From Octopus sinensis (lineage: Eukaryota): a stretch of 64,000 bases of DNA. Under the pieces are notes generated by a model. That model saw only the letters and a list, made by a program, of their open reading frames with translations. It did no database searches and was not told where the DNA came from. Shown piece after piece: positions 25,582-39,738 of this stretch. Made by a program: the position numbers and the translations under genes. The DNA is taken from positions 57,660,001-57,724,000 of the forward strand of contig NC_043001.1 of NCBI RefSeq assembly GCF_006345805.1, in the 5' to 3' direction. The stretch's first letter is position 1, and each line of letters begins with the position of its first letter.

Positions 25582-26682
25582 GCACAATATATATACAAAT
25601 AGATATGTGTATTTCAATGTGCATCTATATCAGCATGTAATGTATTCTAAGCAAAGATTAATGCAAGAATACAAAGATGATGATGATTCCTGCTCCATAT
25701 ATTTATGAGTGAATGTAGAAGTGTAGGTATCATACACACACATACTCACTCATTTACTCACTCACTCACACACACATATATACACACACACTAAGTTTAG
25801 GAAAGGATAAATGCAGCATGCAGACAAGATGCAAAATAGAATAAGAGAACGGCAGATTGAGAAGGAGAGAGAGTCTCATAAGGTGGTTGATTAAAAGGAG
25901 AGAAGCTGAGTGTGTTATGAGATGGGAGAGACTGAAAACAGATAGAGTAAGAGAACACATACAATGTTGTCGTGAGAAGTAGGTTTGTTATGTCTCCTTG
26001 TTTAACGTGGAAATAATTAGAAGTGAAAATATAACAGCCATTGAGCAAATAGCAATAATAGTGTTGTTTAAGAACAGTTATGTCCAGCAGGATATGATGG
26101 TGCCATTCTCAGGAAATCTGCTGCTCACATAAAGATATCAGTTATTATACATGAGCCCGCCAGGCATTAGGCGCAACGATAAGTTTTCGTTCATTTCAAA
26201 GAGATATTAGAAAGAGGGCGGAAGTGTGTTACTGAGTGAGATATAGAGAGGTGAGAAGAAAAGGAAATATGGGTAGGAATGTAAACGAAAGCAGACAGAG
26301 AATGAAGATCAGGGAAGATAAATAAATAAAATGGAAGAATAATGTAATCGTTCCGTAATAATTTTTTTTACCATTTCTCCTTGTTTTCTTTTTCAATATG
26401 CTTTTTCTCGTTTAATTTCCTTGTTCTGCGTTCCATAATATTTTGCTATGTAATTTTCTTACATAAAACAAACAAATCTGTTCTTTTTTCAACCAAAATG
26501 CCAAACAAATGTAGCATGCTTGAAGTGATGCGAACAAAAAAATCTGCTTTGTTTAGGATTTAAATGTAATTTTAACTACAACATCTGTATCAAACAAATA
26601 CGAATTCCAATAACGCAAGAAGCGCAAAATATTACCAGCAATGTAACATATATATTCTTACTTTAATGCTGAGTAACACATG

Positions 26683-26715
<33 letters not shown>

Positions 26716-26735
<20 letters not shown>

Positions 26736-27423
26736 ATGTATATATATATATATATATATGTATGTATATGTATATATATATGTATATTTATATATGCGTA
26801 TGTGCGTGAGTCTGTGTGTATATTACATATATATATATATGAACAAAAACATATGTATATATTTATGTATCTACATATGCATACACTCATACGCATTTGT
26901 GTGTGTATATATGTTTTCATGTATACAGGTTTGTGTTCATGTGATGGTCGTGGTAATGGCACGCACGCGTATGTGCGTGTATTTGTGTTTGCGCGCGCTA
27001 ACGCGCGTGTGCTTGCGTACGCGTTTGTGTGTATGAGTGCGTGTGTGTGTGTGTGTATGTGTGTATTTGCGTGCGTGTGTGTGTGTGTGTGTATGTATAT
27101 ATATATATATATATATGTATGTATATGTATATATATATGTATATTTATATATGCGTATGTGCGTGAGTCTGTGTGTATATTACATATATATATATGAACA
27201 AAAACATATGTATATATTTATGTATCTACATATGCATACACTCATACGCATTTGTGTGTGTATATATGTTTTCATGTATACAGGTTTGTGTTCATGTGAT
27301 GGTCGTGGTAATGGCACGCACGCGTATGTGCGTGTATTTGTGTTTGCGCGCGCTAACGCGCGTGTGCTTGCGTACGCGTTTGTGTGTATGAGTGCGTGTG
27401 TGTGTGTGTATGTGTGTATTTGC

Positions 27424-27425
<2 letters not shown>
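26716..27425. repeat. Near-identical tandem duplication, period about 357 bp, of a microsatellite-rich segment
   Basis: GAGTCTGTGTGTA at 26808 and 27165; the non-microsatellite blocks appear identical and differ mainly in (TA)n/(TG)n length. Confidence 0.85.
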
Positions 27426-27462
<37 letters not shown>

Positions 27463-30042
27463 CGCTCGTGTATGTGTGTGCAGATTTTCATTAATCCATA
27501 CGTGATGCTTGGGATTCAGAGTGCATCACTAAGAATGATTCTGAAGATAATGTCTATTCTCGGCTGAAGAAAAATCATTGGAATCGAGACTTTTTCTCTC
27601 ACCGTATGTGTGTCTGAAATTGCCTGTGCTATTGAGCAATGATAATGTTCCTATAAGATATATTTGAACAAGAAATTCGTTTTCGATTTAACCAATTTCA
27701 ATTTTTGTGTTTGCTTATATTGTTTGTGAAATTGCAGCGACTGTCATATAAGGAAGTACTCAAATGCTTCATTAGATGGTCCTTACTTATGGAGTAAGTC
27801 CTCCCCCTTTCATTGATAAGACTTCTGATCTTGTTGAAGTGTAAACTACGAATGATTGCCTGCTATTAACCAAATATATGTGATTCAGCTGGAACTCGAT
27901 GAATGCCAGTCAGCTTGAAGCTGTGTAACAGAACTTCTAGAAATTTTAATAACGGCACGTCCATTTTGATTATTTGTAAATCCACGATGTTTTCAGCCTT
28001 TTAGAATGATTGCCATTTTTGTAAGAGAACTTGCTGGAGAATGTATTCCCTCAAGTTATTGAGAAATCATTACATCTCCGAGTAAATGTAACATGAGTAC
28101 TCAGTAAGATTCATCAAAGGGTTTTTGTTTCATTTAAGATCTTCTCTTCACTGGATTACATCTTAAGAACACCGTTCGGTTTTTAGTTAGTTCCATAAAG
28201 TTGTGTATTAGTAAAGAGAAAGAAACGCGTTTTCAATATATCTAATATTTGAATATGAAGCTTCACGATTTCACAGAAAAAAAAACAATGCACTTTTTTC
28301 ACAATGGTTAAATATTTTACAAAGTTAAACTTGTTGATTTTAAGACGTAACTTTTAAATCTAGCTTATATTGCTGTGGATGATTAGATGCAGCAGTGATA
28401 TACGCTACCCCTATGCAACATACCACGGAATAACGTGTTTCACATTATGACTGAGTTGTGCTTTAAAATATGAGATCTTTTTTCCACATTAATATGTTTC
28501 CTATACATTCAGAATCTTCTATAAATTGAGCAAAGAGCATGTGATATCAGCATAATTAACTTGCGACATGAAATCTTAAACGAGCAAAACAATTTATAGC
28601 ATCTGTACTATATGTAATATATATACTAATGTCTCAAAATGCTGTTAGTATTGACGTCCCTATGACAGCCCGTGTCATTCTCGTTAAAACATATTTATGA
28701 AGGAAGATACTCAAGCCGTAAACGTCCGGTTCTTTAAAATCAAGTGCATTGACCAACAGATAATCTTATAGAATATTTCCTTTCTTTAAAACGTCAACGT
28801 GTGCTTTAACACAGATTTCCTTTCTGTTTCTAGCAGGTCGTGTGAATACGTAGAGGTTTTCAATGTAATTTAATTATGCATCTCGCGCTAACTACATTAT
28901 CTTGTACAATACTTCTGTTTTATATCACACGATGTGTTATATGTTAAAATGTAAATGCATAAACCTTCCTAACATGAATATATTATGTCTCCCAGCATGA
29001 CTAAATGATTTGTTAAACTTGATATGATATGTCTCAAATTAAGAATGAGTATATTTATCAAAGTGTGTGCTATATTCTCAAATCTTAAAATAAATTTATC
29101 TATTTTGCAAATGATTAATGTTCTTGTTCACTCAAGTATTTATATTGATGACCCTCAATAACACTTGTATTCAGAACGTAGATCAACAAAAAGTGTTCTG
29201 TAAGATATTTATAGCCTGGTCGTCATTTACTACTTTATCAATTATAGCACACATTTTCGGTGAATTATTAATCATAAGGATTTAGTAATAATGATAAGAA
29301 GATATGAAATAATTAATGAATGTATAACAATAAATAATGCCCCAGCCTAACCACAGCCTTCAGACTGGAATACATTAAGACAAAAATGTTATAAATGAAT
29401 CTGTATCAAAAAGATCAAGTCGCAAATTAAAATAGTTTTGTAACAATAATTCAAATGTTGTATACATTTTACAACTAAACGTAAACTTACAATTAGTTTT
29501 TATTCTCTAACTAATTTTTTAATGCAACAGAGCATAAAATTTTCTTTAGACTACCAATCAACCTAATCTATGAATTCATAATTATATTTTCGAAAGTAAT
29601 TTCACCATCATTTGATATAGACAACAGTGAAATAAAGGAAAGCCTTTTTCGAGAAAAGAGAAGAGAAAACGTCTACCCACTCATTCGACCTGCTAAAAGG
29701 AAAGTCACACAAAACCTATGGAAGCTATTGTGCCACATGTACTGTGATTGAGAAAATATATGTTGACCTTTGAAAGAATGTTGATCATAAGTTTTCTCAG
29801 TTGGAGCTTAATTTGAGTTAAACAGTAATCAAGCATTCTCTTCAAAGAAACTTAAGTTACTAAAATGGTTTCTCCGAGTAATAACTATGACAATGCATAT
29901 TTGATTGAACTTCCAAAAACATTTTGTGGACATAAAGGACAATGTAAGACAATGATAATATGACCTCGGATAAAGAGACAGAGAATTAATGTGGTTAGAT
30001 TTAGCGGTTGCATGCTATATTATTCTACATAAAACTATTAAA

Positions 30043-30265
30043 GCGGTGATCTAGCAGAAACGTTAATACGCCGGACAAATTGCTTTTGTCCGTTTCTGCG
30101 TTCATTGCTCAAATACTACCGAGATCAACTTTGCTTTTCATCCGCTGGGGGTTGATAAAATCAGTACCAGTAGAGCACTAGGATCGATAAACTAAATAGC
30201 GGTTGAGAACTGGGTTCGATGTAATCGATTTATACCCACCTCGAAATTCTTAACGAATTTTAGAA
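30043..30265 (+). mobile_element. SINE family 3 (diverged)
   Basis: GCGGTGATCTAGCAGAAACGTTA head; TTTTCATCC...GTTGATAAAATCAGTACCAGT body. Confidence 0.7.
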
Positions 30266-30811
30266 CGTAATTTACAAGAGCCTTCAGCAATAAATATTAT
30301 CATATCTCAAAATAAATAAAGGCATCAATAAAAAGGAAATGGAAAAATATTTCTATATATTTTGTAAACCAAATTAAACTGGAAATGTTAGCATTTCATA
30401 CAGTACAAAACTTCATACTAAAGTGTCTAATTTATTCTGCTGATTATTATTTATTTATTGCAACTCTAGCAGACCATCACTAGTATGATTCTCCTGCAGA
30501 CATATTATATTTTAGTAATATACTTTAATACAGCTGTACTTTTAACCTCATCTGATATCTTTCATTTTCTATCGGATACTTCATTCGATAATCGCTCCAA
30601 TCACTATTTTGTAGACTCGACTGACAAACGTGTGTATGTATGTATGTATGTATGTATGTATGTATGTATGTATGTATGTATGTATGTATGTACGTATGTA
30701 TGCATGTATGTACACACACACACACACACACGCACACACACACATAGACACATATATTTTCGAAAGTAATTTCACCACCATTTGATATAGACAACAGTGA
30801 AATAAAGGAAA

Positions 30812-32095
30812 GCCGTCCACTCGTGACCGAGGAAAACTATTGCTAACCTTCAGGAACATTGTACGCTGTAGGACTAACATCTTGCATTTGCGGCTCCGTT
30901 GGTGGCTAATGGGTCCTGCTCTTACCAAGCATACACGACTGCAAACATTACAAACCAATCTTTCCCCATTCACTACACCAGCAGTGCACTTTCTCGCAGC
31001 ACGCTTAAGTTCTTCATGCAGAATACGTGTTCTCTCAAACGTGTCGAACCCGTCCTTAACCAGCTTACTCCATTTGTTGCGATGATAGACATTGCTCTCC
31101 CAGTCAGTCTCCTGCATATCACAGACCTTTAATGAGGACTTGGCACAGTTTTTAAATCGCAGCCTTAGTTTCTGCCGGGGTATCTTTCCATTCACAGGTT
31201 CCCCTATAGCACCTGCTTAGGGATCCTGCTATCCTTCATTCTAATAAGGTGTCCAGTTCAACGTAACCGGTGCTTGTTCACCATCGCCTCAATTTTCATG
31301 GTATCAGCTGTTCTCAGGACTTGTGTGTCTGGAGATTTTGAAGTTCAGCTAACATTCAGAATGTGTCTGAGACATCTCTAATGAAAGTGTTCAAGGATCT
31401 TTAAATGACGTTTGTAAAGGGTCCATGTCTCACATGAGTAAATGAGCGATGTCAGTACACATGCACGGTACACAACTTTTTTTTTTGCTTTGTGATGCCA
31501 TGCTGGGAGCAGGCACGATACTGAAGAGACCGGAATGAATCAATTGCTCTCTGCAGCCTGAAAGATATTTCATCATCCAGGGAGCAAGAACGGCTGATTG
31601 TGCTGCCCAGGTAGACAAACTTGTCTACCACTTTTAGAATAGTTCCTTCAACCAAGATAGCTGGTTCCACATATGGATTTCCTGGTGCAGGCTGGAACAT
31701 TACAACAGTCTAGTCCAGGCCAATGCAGAGTTCAAATGCCTGGCAAGAAGCAGAAATACAATTCATAAGTATTTGCATGCCATCCACTGTAAGTCAAAGT
31801 CATCTGCATAAGGGAGGCCAGGAATAAGAGATTGAAAATCTTATAAATTGGCAGCAAATCGGCGCAGATAAAAAAGGCGGCCAGAAGATTGATACCTGAC
31901 ATATATTCCCAGAGAGCAAACCTTAGCAAAAGCATAATTAAAATCAACAGAAAAGTACAAAGAAAGCAATGTTGGGGCACGGATGTCACCCTGATTGACA
32001 CCATGCTCTACAGGAATGGGTCCTGCCATGCCACCACCAATATTGATCCAAGCCTCCATCTCTTCATGAAATGATTTAATTGTAGATACAAGGTG
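30812..32095 (-). mobile_element. RTE-clade LINE 3' part (RT and C-terminal zinc finger), decayed
   Basis: GVNQGDIRAPTLLSLYF, YADD, QPAPGNPY, KFVYLGSTIS, RIPKQVLYG, CNVCSRVC...ISHQRS. 3' end at about 30812. Confidence 0.9.
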
Positions 32096-32099
32096 ATCT

Positions 32100-32870
32100 G
32101 GGGACCCAAGTTTGCCACGCTTTGCAGTTCGATCTGATATACTTTAAGAAGTTGGAGGAGCTTCCTGTTCCTATAAAGGAACGTCTAATGACTCTACGAT
32201 TACACCTGAAAGGTGGGCGGTTTGCTTCTCTAATAAGTGCCTATGCACTTACTTTGGCTAGTTGTGATGAAGATAAAACTATTTTTATACCTAGCTGAAA
32301 GCCATACTTTGGAAAATCCCCAGTTCTGATAAAGTCATTCTACTGGGGGATTTCAATGCCAGGGTTGGAACAGACTGGCAAACATATAACTCTCTAGGAT
32401 GTTTTAGTGTAGGGAAAATGAATAGCAATGGTCTCTTGCTGATGGAGCTTTGCGATAAACATGAACTTTGCATCGCAAGCACCTATTTTATGCACTAAGC
32501 TGATCACACAGCAAAGTGGATGCATCCAAGGTCTAAAGTTTGTCACTTGCTGGATTATGTCATCATCCGTAAGCGTAACCTCTATGATATTTGTAATGTC
32601 AAGACCTTTCGTGGGACGGAATGCCGGAAAGACCACAGTCTGGTGCTAGCAATGTTCCAGATGATGATTAGAGTGAAAGTGAAAAGAAGGCCAGTCGGCA
32701 TTCCTCGGCGTCTGAATGTCCACAAGATATATAATGCTGTGTTGAGGAAAGAGCTTCAGACTCGCATGACCAGCATTGAATATACTGCAGCATGGGAAGA
32801 TTTTCAAGACCAGGTTCTTCAATGTGCTGCTGAAACACTGGGATATGCTACTGCCAGATACATAGACTGT
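32100..32870 (+). mobile_element. RTE-clade APE and linker, inverted relative to the adjacent RT part
   Basis: FAVRSDI, LISAYALT, ILLGDFNARVG, GKMNSNGLLL, WMHPRSK, LDYVI, DHSLV on the plus strand. Confidence 0.9.
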
Positions 32871-35110
32871 AAGGTCGAGACGTTCCAAGGGAAACCACTA
32901 GACGTCGAAGGAAATCTGGCTGACCTGTTAAGGAGGGCGCACAAACTGTTATTAGTCGAGAAGCACACCCATTATTGCCATCGACATCCAAGACGACCAG
33001 CCTACCTCCGGGTCTCGGAATATTGTTCTTACTCTGAGGTCCAGACTCTTCCGAAAAAGCACTGCGGTAGCACCTCCACCCATTCTCGGCAGACACGGAA
33101 GAAAATAAAAGTCGAAACGTTCTTTGAACATGTGCTGGATGGTCCGCGGGTTGTAGAGTCTGGTCTCACTGATGGCTATGATGTGCACATTCTGTGACTT
33201 GATGTCATTTAACTGGGTAGCTTTGTTTCCAAGGAGACCCCAAGCCACGTACATTTACACTGCATATTCTGAGCATGCTCCTATCGAAAGTTGGGTTACA
33301 CACAAAAGGAAGACGAAAGAGAATGAGAGAAGGAGAGAGAGAGAGGGAGAGAAAGAGAGAGAGAGGGGGGAGAGTCACTTGCTGTTCTAAAGTTGTTTGT
33401 CCTTTACCGCAGTCTTCTCCCAGAAGGTTTTTGTACAGTTTCTTTTTTTTTAGGGTATTTTTGAAATCTCCCTACTGCATCCGGATAGAGAGATTTCAGT
33501 GTGTTGTGTGTGTTCTGTGTTGTATGTATGATTCTAATGTGTTGAGGTGAGGTTGTGCGTAGGTGATTATTTGTTTTGGAATCATTTTCTGTTATGTCGG
33601 TGTTTGACCTAATGAATTCCACTAGGTCTTAATTATTAGTGTTTATAGCTGTCATCATTGTGAGGCCATTTGGTGTTTGTGTGTTTGTGTTAATGCTTTT
33701 GTTTTCTGCGGGTGTGCTAGTTTCGGGAGCGGTAAGCCTCCCTGCTTTGTTTGTTTCCTTCTCTCTTCTTTTTCGCCCTTTTCTCCTTCGCCCTGAAGCC
33801 GCTTGCCAATCCTCTGTGTCGTATTCCGACGACGACATGTCGGAGGTATCAGAAACTGGAAGAGGAAGGGTATTGGGATCTATTTCTGAGTGTGTTAATA
33901 TTTATTTTGCTGTTGGTGTTGGTGCTGGTTGATGTGGTGTATGAGTTTTTGGGGGTGGGGTATGAGTCCGTTTGTTTTTTCTTTTCTTCTTTTGGAGATG
34001 TTGTTGTTGTTGTTGTTGGTGGTGGTGGTGTTTCTGTTCTTGGTGGCCCTGATGGTAGTGTCGTTTGGTTGGGCTGCCTTGTTGGTTGCTGATGTTCTTT
34101 CATTTGTTGGTTGAGCTGTTTTATCAGTTGTGCATATGGCGGTGTGGGTAACAGTGATAGTTGGGTGTTTTTGTTACTGTTCTTGATATTGTCGTTGTTG
34201 CTTCTGTGCTAATTGTCAATTTTTAAGTGTGGTTTGCTACCACAAACGTAGTAACGTGACTTTCTGACTTCGACAGCCACATATAAATTCGAACCGTCTA
34301 CCAGTTTGATGAGATGTGAAATCATTCCCATACTGATTAGATCAACTTGTACAGGATTTCTACTACTTTATCAATCCAATTTTGCTGGTCTAGACAGCGA
34401 TTTCTAAGATGGGGATTGCCACCTCGATATCATAAAAATGGCAGATACAAGCCATATTATGTGTATCTCAAGGGGCACATCTTTGATTTTTATTTTTGAG
34501 ACCCTACGATCAATGAATGTAGCGATCATGATAATGTTTTCGCATTCAAAGGACTTCCTGGAGAAGTCATGTGCTCGTTCTTCAATTTCGTATCTAACTT
34601 CGATTGTGGCAAAATGTTTCCTCTGAGGATGTATTCTTTAAAGGCCCATATGGGCCTTAAACATTTTTCTACTGATTTTTGGGAGGCAGTTTCGAAAAGT
34701 TTTGTTTTTAAGTTGAGTGTTTTATATATGGTCGTTTTTTTTTAAACGTCTTCTATGATTTTTTGCGGTGTTTGACGTTGTATAATGTGTTAATTTTTTA
34801 AAACATTATCTTGCAAGCAAGCAGTTCTTCCTTCGAAAAGGACATAATTTTTTCTTCAGCTTCAAAGCTGCGGCAAAATTATTTTGTGTTCGTGTTAGTG
34901 GTGGTGGCAGTGATGGAGGTTTGTGTTTGTTTTTGTTCATATCTTCTACGGCTAGACTGGCGTTCTTGTGTGTGCGTTCAAGCGAAACGACGTTCTTTTC
35001 ATCTTCCCTCTCTTCTGGCTTCGGCAGTGGTGGGAAGTCAATGAGAGGAAAGCTGGCTTCTTTGTTTGATTTAGCCATTTTCGCTTAGATGACAAAAGAA
35101 AACTGAAGAA
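32870..35110 (-). mobile_element. L1/Tx1-like LINE 5' part: gag-like ORF1 and APE N-terminus, 3' part missing
   Basis: ORF1 start MAKSNKE...DFPPLP (35078), ATIEVR...RRVSKI, VAVEVRKSRYYVCGSKPH (zinc-knuckle relic), then a low-complexity tail. APE: AISETRL, AVLFRK, DPGGRLVVLDV. Confidence 0.75.
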
Positions 35111-35314
35111 TATTTTTTAAAGTTTGAAAATTCATCCACAGCGGGTGAATTTGTTATTAAAAGACTTACTTTAGTTGAAGGAGATGTTAAACATCTCCTT
35201 GACAAGAAATAAGTAACAACAAACTGTTTTTTTCTAACCAAACAAGGCCAAATTACTTGAAGCCGATCTGTCAACATTCCATTTAGATAGAGATGTAGAT
35301 AGATAGAAAGATAG

Positions 35315-35383
<69 letters not shown>

Positions 35384-37270
35384 GGTGGGGAAGAAGAAAG
35401 TGAGGCAATTATGCGGATAGCCAAATTAAATATAACAACTTGTATCTGATATACAAAATATGTATATATGTAAACATGCACGACGAGAAAAAAACAAAAT
35501 CTGAAGACTTTAGACAATGAAGATCTAAGTACAAATATTATATACAGATATTTATATTAATGGATCAAATTTAGACATAGTCCAAACGACTGAGAAAATT
35601 AAATGAGAAGAGGAAAGGTGTTTCTGGAGTCTCGGAGAGCTATCATAATTTTGTAGTTGTAGGTCAACAAAATATGCAACCCGTAATGGAGGCAAATAAA
35701 CATTGGAGACATCGAGCTTCCATCATCACGTTAAAAAAAAATTTACATTTCAGATCATGATGCAAAGAACTTCTATTTGGATATTTTAAATATTTGTTGC
35801 CATATGCTCTACTTCAAATAAAATATTATTAAACTAGGAATTGAAATTCAGCTAGTTATAAAATGAGATATATTTCTTTTGGTAGTTATAAAGTAGCAGA
35901 ACTTATAAGTTTAAAAAATGGTTATTTAAATATATGAAAGTAGGAAAATATCCAGGAAAACGTTCTGTATAACTGTTAGATAGACATACTAACGATAATG
36001 TCTTTTAGTGTGTAATAATTTAGAGCAATGATAGTTACGTTTTCTTAAAATATGTTTTAGAAAAATTAAATCAGTAACGGAGAAGAAAATTATAAAACTG
36101 AACAAGTAATGACTATAAGATTCTGATTGTATTCTACTAAAATAGTGTAAAATAGTGTAGATAATACTAAGATTTGAGGGCGATCGAAGGCGGAATTCTA
36201 GCGATGTAAAGCCAGATGCAAATGTGATCTTTCATAAACGAGTAGATAACTTGATTACCTGTCGGGGCTTCTGGTTTAAAATCGAGTGTTCTACGAAATA
36301 AACTTATAATCGCCGCCATTAGAAATCACAGCCATGAAAACAACAACAACAACAACAACAACTACTACTACTACTACTACTAAGAAGCAAAAGCAGAAAA
36401 AATCCAAACCAAAAGTAAGAAGGACGACGACAATGGGAATTATCTCAGACAGCCAGTATACATGAATAGTGTTAAGACATAAAGTACAGTTTTAGCTGCT
36501 CAGAAATTAGGTCTTTAGTTTTCTTATTAATCTAATTGATAAGGGAGTTCTGAGATGAGTTTATTTATTGAGAGTTTTGAGACATTCCATTAAATGGCTA
36601 GTGCTTAAATATCAGCAGCAGCATTAGAAGGATTAAAGGATAGTAGAGGCTTAGTTGAGTTTGCTCTGTGTTACATTGCTAGACAAACAATAATGAAGTT
36701 ATAAGGTCGTGCTGGGGATAAAGCGTAGCAAGCATTAATCAAGACAGATGCGTGACACTATTTAAAGAATAGGAAGAGGACAAATATAAGCAAAGATTCA
36801 GAATAAAATATTTGGAGCTGTCTTTCTAACACTGGACTGGTCATTGCAATTTGATAAGAATAAAATGGAGTTAAAAGGTTTTTTTAGTTATAATGAATGA
36901 AATTATGCAATTGAAAAAAGAAAACAGATTCTGAATTAATGCTGATATTATTTAACTGTTGTTAAAATAATTACTCATTTCAATTTAATTAAAGAAAGTT
37001 ACATCTCTACTCTTTATCATTTTCTGTGACGGCGAATATTTGGAGAAATCATATCTCATAAACATCAGTACTTTTGACGATAATGATTATGACGATGACT
37101 ATGATGATTGAAACGATCCTAATGACTAAGCCGGAGTTGTCTCATTAGCATTAACTTCCGGAAAAAGGAACAGGGTATGATGCATGTTTAGTAATCCGGC
37201 AAGGAAGCAATATCGCTATTGATAATATCGAAGTAAAGTATGTGTATAATGAAGTGCGAAGTAAGAAGGA

Positions 37271-37338
<68 letters not shown>

Positions 37339-39420
37339 GGCTAAGGTGTTAGCCAAGAGATTGGCCCTTGTCGTGGACAAGCTGGTTGGCAAGGCGCAGA
37401 CATGCGCCGTGCCGACCAGGTCGATACACGATAATCTCCATCTCATGCGCTACACCATAGTGAGGGTGGGTAACCACGCTGGCGCGGGTGGGGCTTTGAT
37501 CAATTTACATCAGAGTAAAGCCTTCGATGGGGTCGACTATCGATACCTAGCAGCTGTTCTCAAGGCAGCCGGCTTCGGTCCAGTCTTCAGCGTGTGGATC
37601 GCTGCTTTATACAGCAACATCTGCTCGGTAATACGGGTGAACGGCCACCTTCAGAGCCGTTTGATATCTCGCGTTCGGTCCGCCAAGGATGCCCTCTCTC
37701 CTCCCTCTTGTACGTATTGACTCTCGAGCCATTACTATGAAAATTGGAGGCTTTGATGGGTATCCCGCGCGATCTAGGAGGTGGAAACAGCGTGTCTGCC
37801 TATGCCGACGACGTCACCGTGATGGTGTCGAGCCACAAGCACATTGACCTGTTCGGCGAGACGCTAAACGAATACGAAGCGGTGACAGGGGCTAAAATTA
37901 ACGCGGAAATGTCCGTGGGCTTGCAACTAGGCACCTGGAGAGGCAAGCCCATGCCGTCCAACAGCGTCGTAGGGCGCTGGACAGGCGGACCCGCTAAACT
38001 GCTCGGAGTCTGGTTCGGTCCAGACCTCCAGGTCGATAAAAACTGGGAAGAAGTGACGAGCAGGGTGGCCAATCTCACCCAGAAATGGGCCGAGAGGAAG
38101 CTGTCCTTGAAAGGTCGAGCGGATGTGGCGAATGCGTACATCGCATCCGTCATCTATTACCGCTTGACTGTCGTCCCTTGTCCCGACCGCTGGTACGCTT
38201 GCTCTTCGACGTTTTGTGAAAGGGTAATGTACCACTCGTCAGGCGATCCATCTGTTGTCAACGACCGCTGAACGGAGACCTTGGCATGCCGTGGTTACTG
38301 ATGCACAGACATGCGCTCAGGCCACGGCATCTCAAGCGTTTCCTAGACGGTGAACAGGTGTGGTCGTCTTTTGTCAGACGCGATTTTCCACTGCTCGTCT
38401 CTTTGACAGAGCTGCAGACCTGGATCAAACGCAGACCGAAAAAGAGCGCTTGGCACCTCGAGTGCCGTCAACCTTTCTCCGCCCTCCGCCAAGCGGGAAT
38501 TTGCGATCGGTAGTAGTTCCACTCTAGCGTTCTATAGAGGGTTAGTGGAAGAAAAGTGCGACGACGTTCTCGGGGAAACTCTAGGCGTTGACGATAACGT
38601 GCTGAGCAGTCTGTTCGGAAGGACTTTCGGGCCGGGGCCAATGGATAATTTCCAGAGGTCCCTCGCCTGGCAGTGTTACCGAGGGCTCTGCCTGTTCGAG
38701 ATAAACTCTACCGGCACGTAAATGCCGTCAACCGGACCTGCCCCAGGTGCTGCCAGGACGACGAAACCGTTCTGAACGCGCTCGTCCAGTGTCCGAGTAT
38801 TGCTGAACTATGGGTTTATGTCGAACAGCTACTGTCGCGTATGGGACGGATCCGGCTATCAGCTGAATCCATAGTGAAGATTGCCCCGCCGACCTCCTTT
38901 AACCGGGAGGGCAAGGCAGTTTTCCTTTGCCTAGTGGCTGTAGCGAAAGAGGTGGTATAGTGGACCCGTTTGAAAGGGCTAAGGTCTGACACTTTTCTCT
39001 TTGGCCCAGGCCTCATCAACTTTTTCAAGTTTTATTTGAAAAGGAAGGTGAGAGTAGAGAGGGAAGTGCTGTCCGATAGCAAGTTTACTGAAAGGTGGAT
39101 AAATGTCGCAAGAATGGCCAGTATGAAAGGAGCCATTCTGAGGTTACACCTGTGATTTAAAAAGGTAATATAAAAGGAGAAAGGGGTTCTCTACCCTCAC
39201 CTTTTGACCAGGCTTCCGTTGGCTTTTATGGGTTTTTTCCACCAGGAAAATTTCGTAACGCCTCCCCCTTTTGGGAGATTTTCATTGTTATAATCTTTCG
39301 TTGTTAAACTGCTTTTTTACTGGGATTTTACAAACGGACAAAACCCTTTGTAACCTTTCGTCCTGTTTTGTCCCTTTTATGTGATAATTGATTTTTGTCA
39401 GCACTTGAGGCCAATAAAAG
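37339..39420 (+). mobile_element. 5'-truncated L1/Tx1-like LINE: RT, C-terminal CCHC-like region and 3'UTR
   Basis: LAKRL, RSIHDNL, SKAFDGV, SAYADDVTV, LLGVWFG, LSLKGR, LPVRDKL, CPRCCQDDETVLNALVQC. Stop at 39155; AATAAA at 39413, followed by (TTA)n. Confidence 0.92.
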
Positions 39421-39425
39421 AATTA

Positions 39426-39504
<79 letters not shown>

Positions 39505-39516
39505 CTAGTAATGTAA

Positions 39517-39727
39517 AGTGGTGAGTTGGTAGAATCGTTAGCACTCCGGGCAAAATGCTTAGTGTCATTCCAGCTGTCTTAACGTTTTGAGTTCAAATCC
39601 CGTCGAGGTCGACTTTGCTTTTCATCCTTTCGAGATCGATAAGTTAAGTACCACTGCAGTACTGGTGTCGGTGTAATCGACTATCCCCTCCTCCAAATTT
39701 CAGTCTTTATTCCTTTAGTAGAAAAGA
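39517..39727 (+). mobile_element. SINE family 3
   Basis: GTGGTGAGTTGGTAGAATCGTTAGCAC, GAGTTCAAATCCC, GAGGTCGACTTTGC. Confidence 0.85.
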
Positions 39728-39738
39728 TTATTCTTAGT

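Noticed and set aside
28685-28730. ATGAAGG...GCCGTAAACGTC resembling a decayed hammerhead
   Set aside because: Core too degenerate; no stem I.
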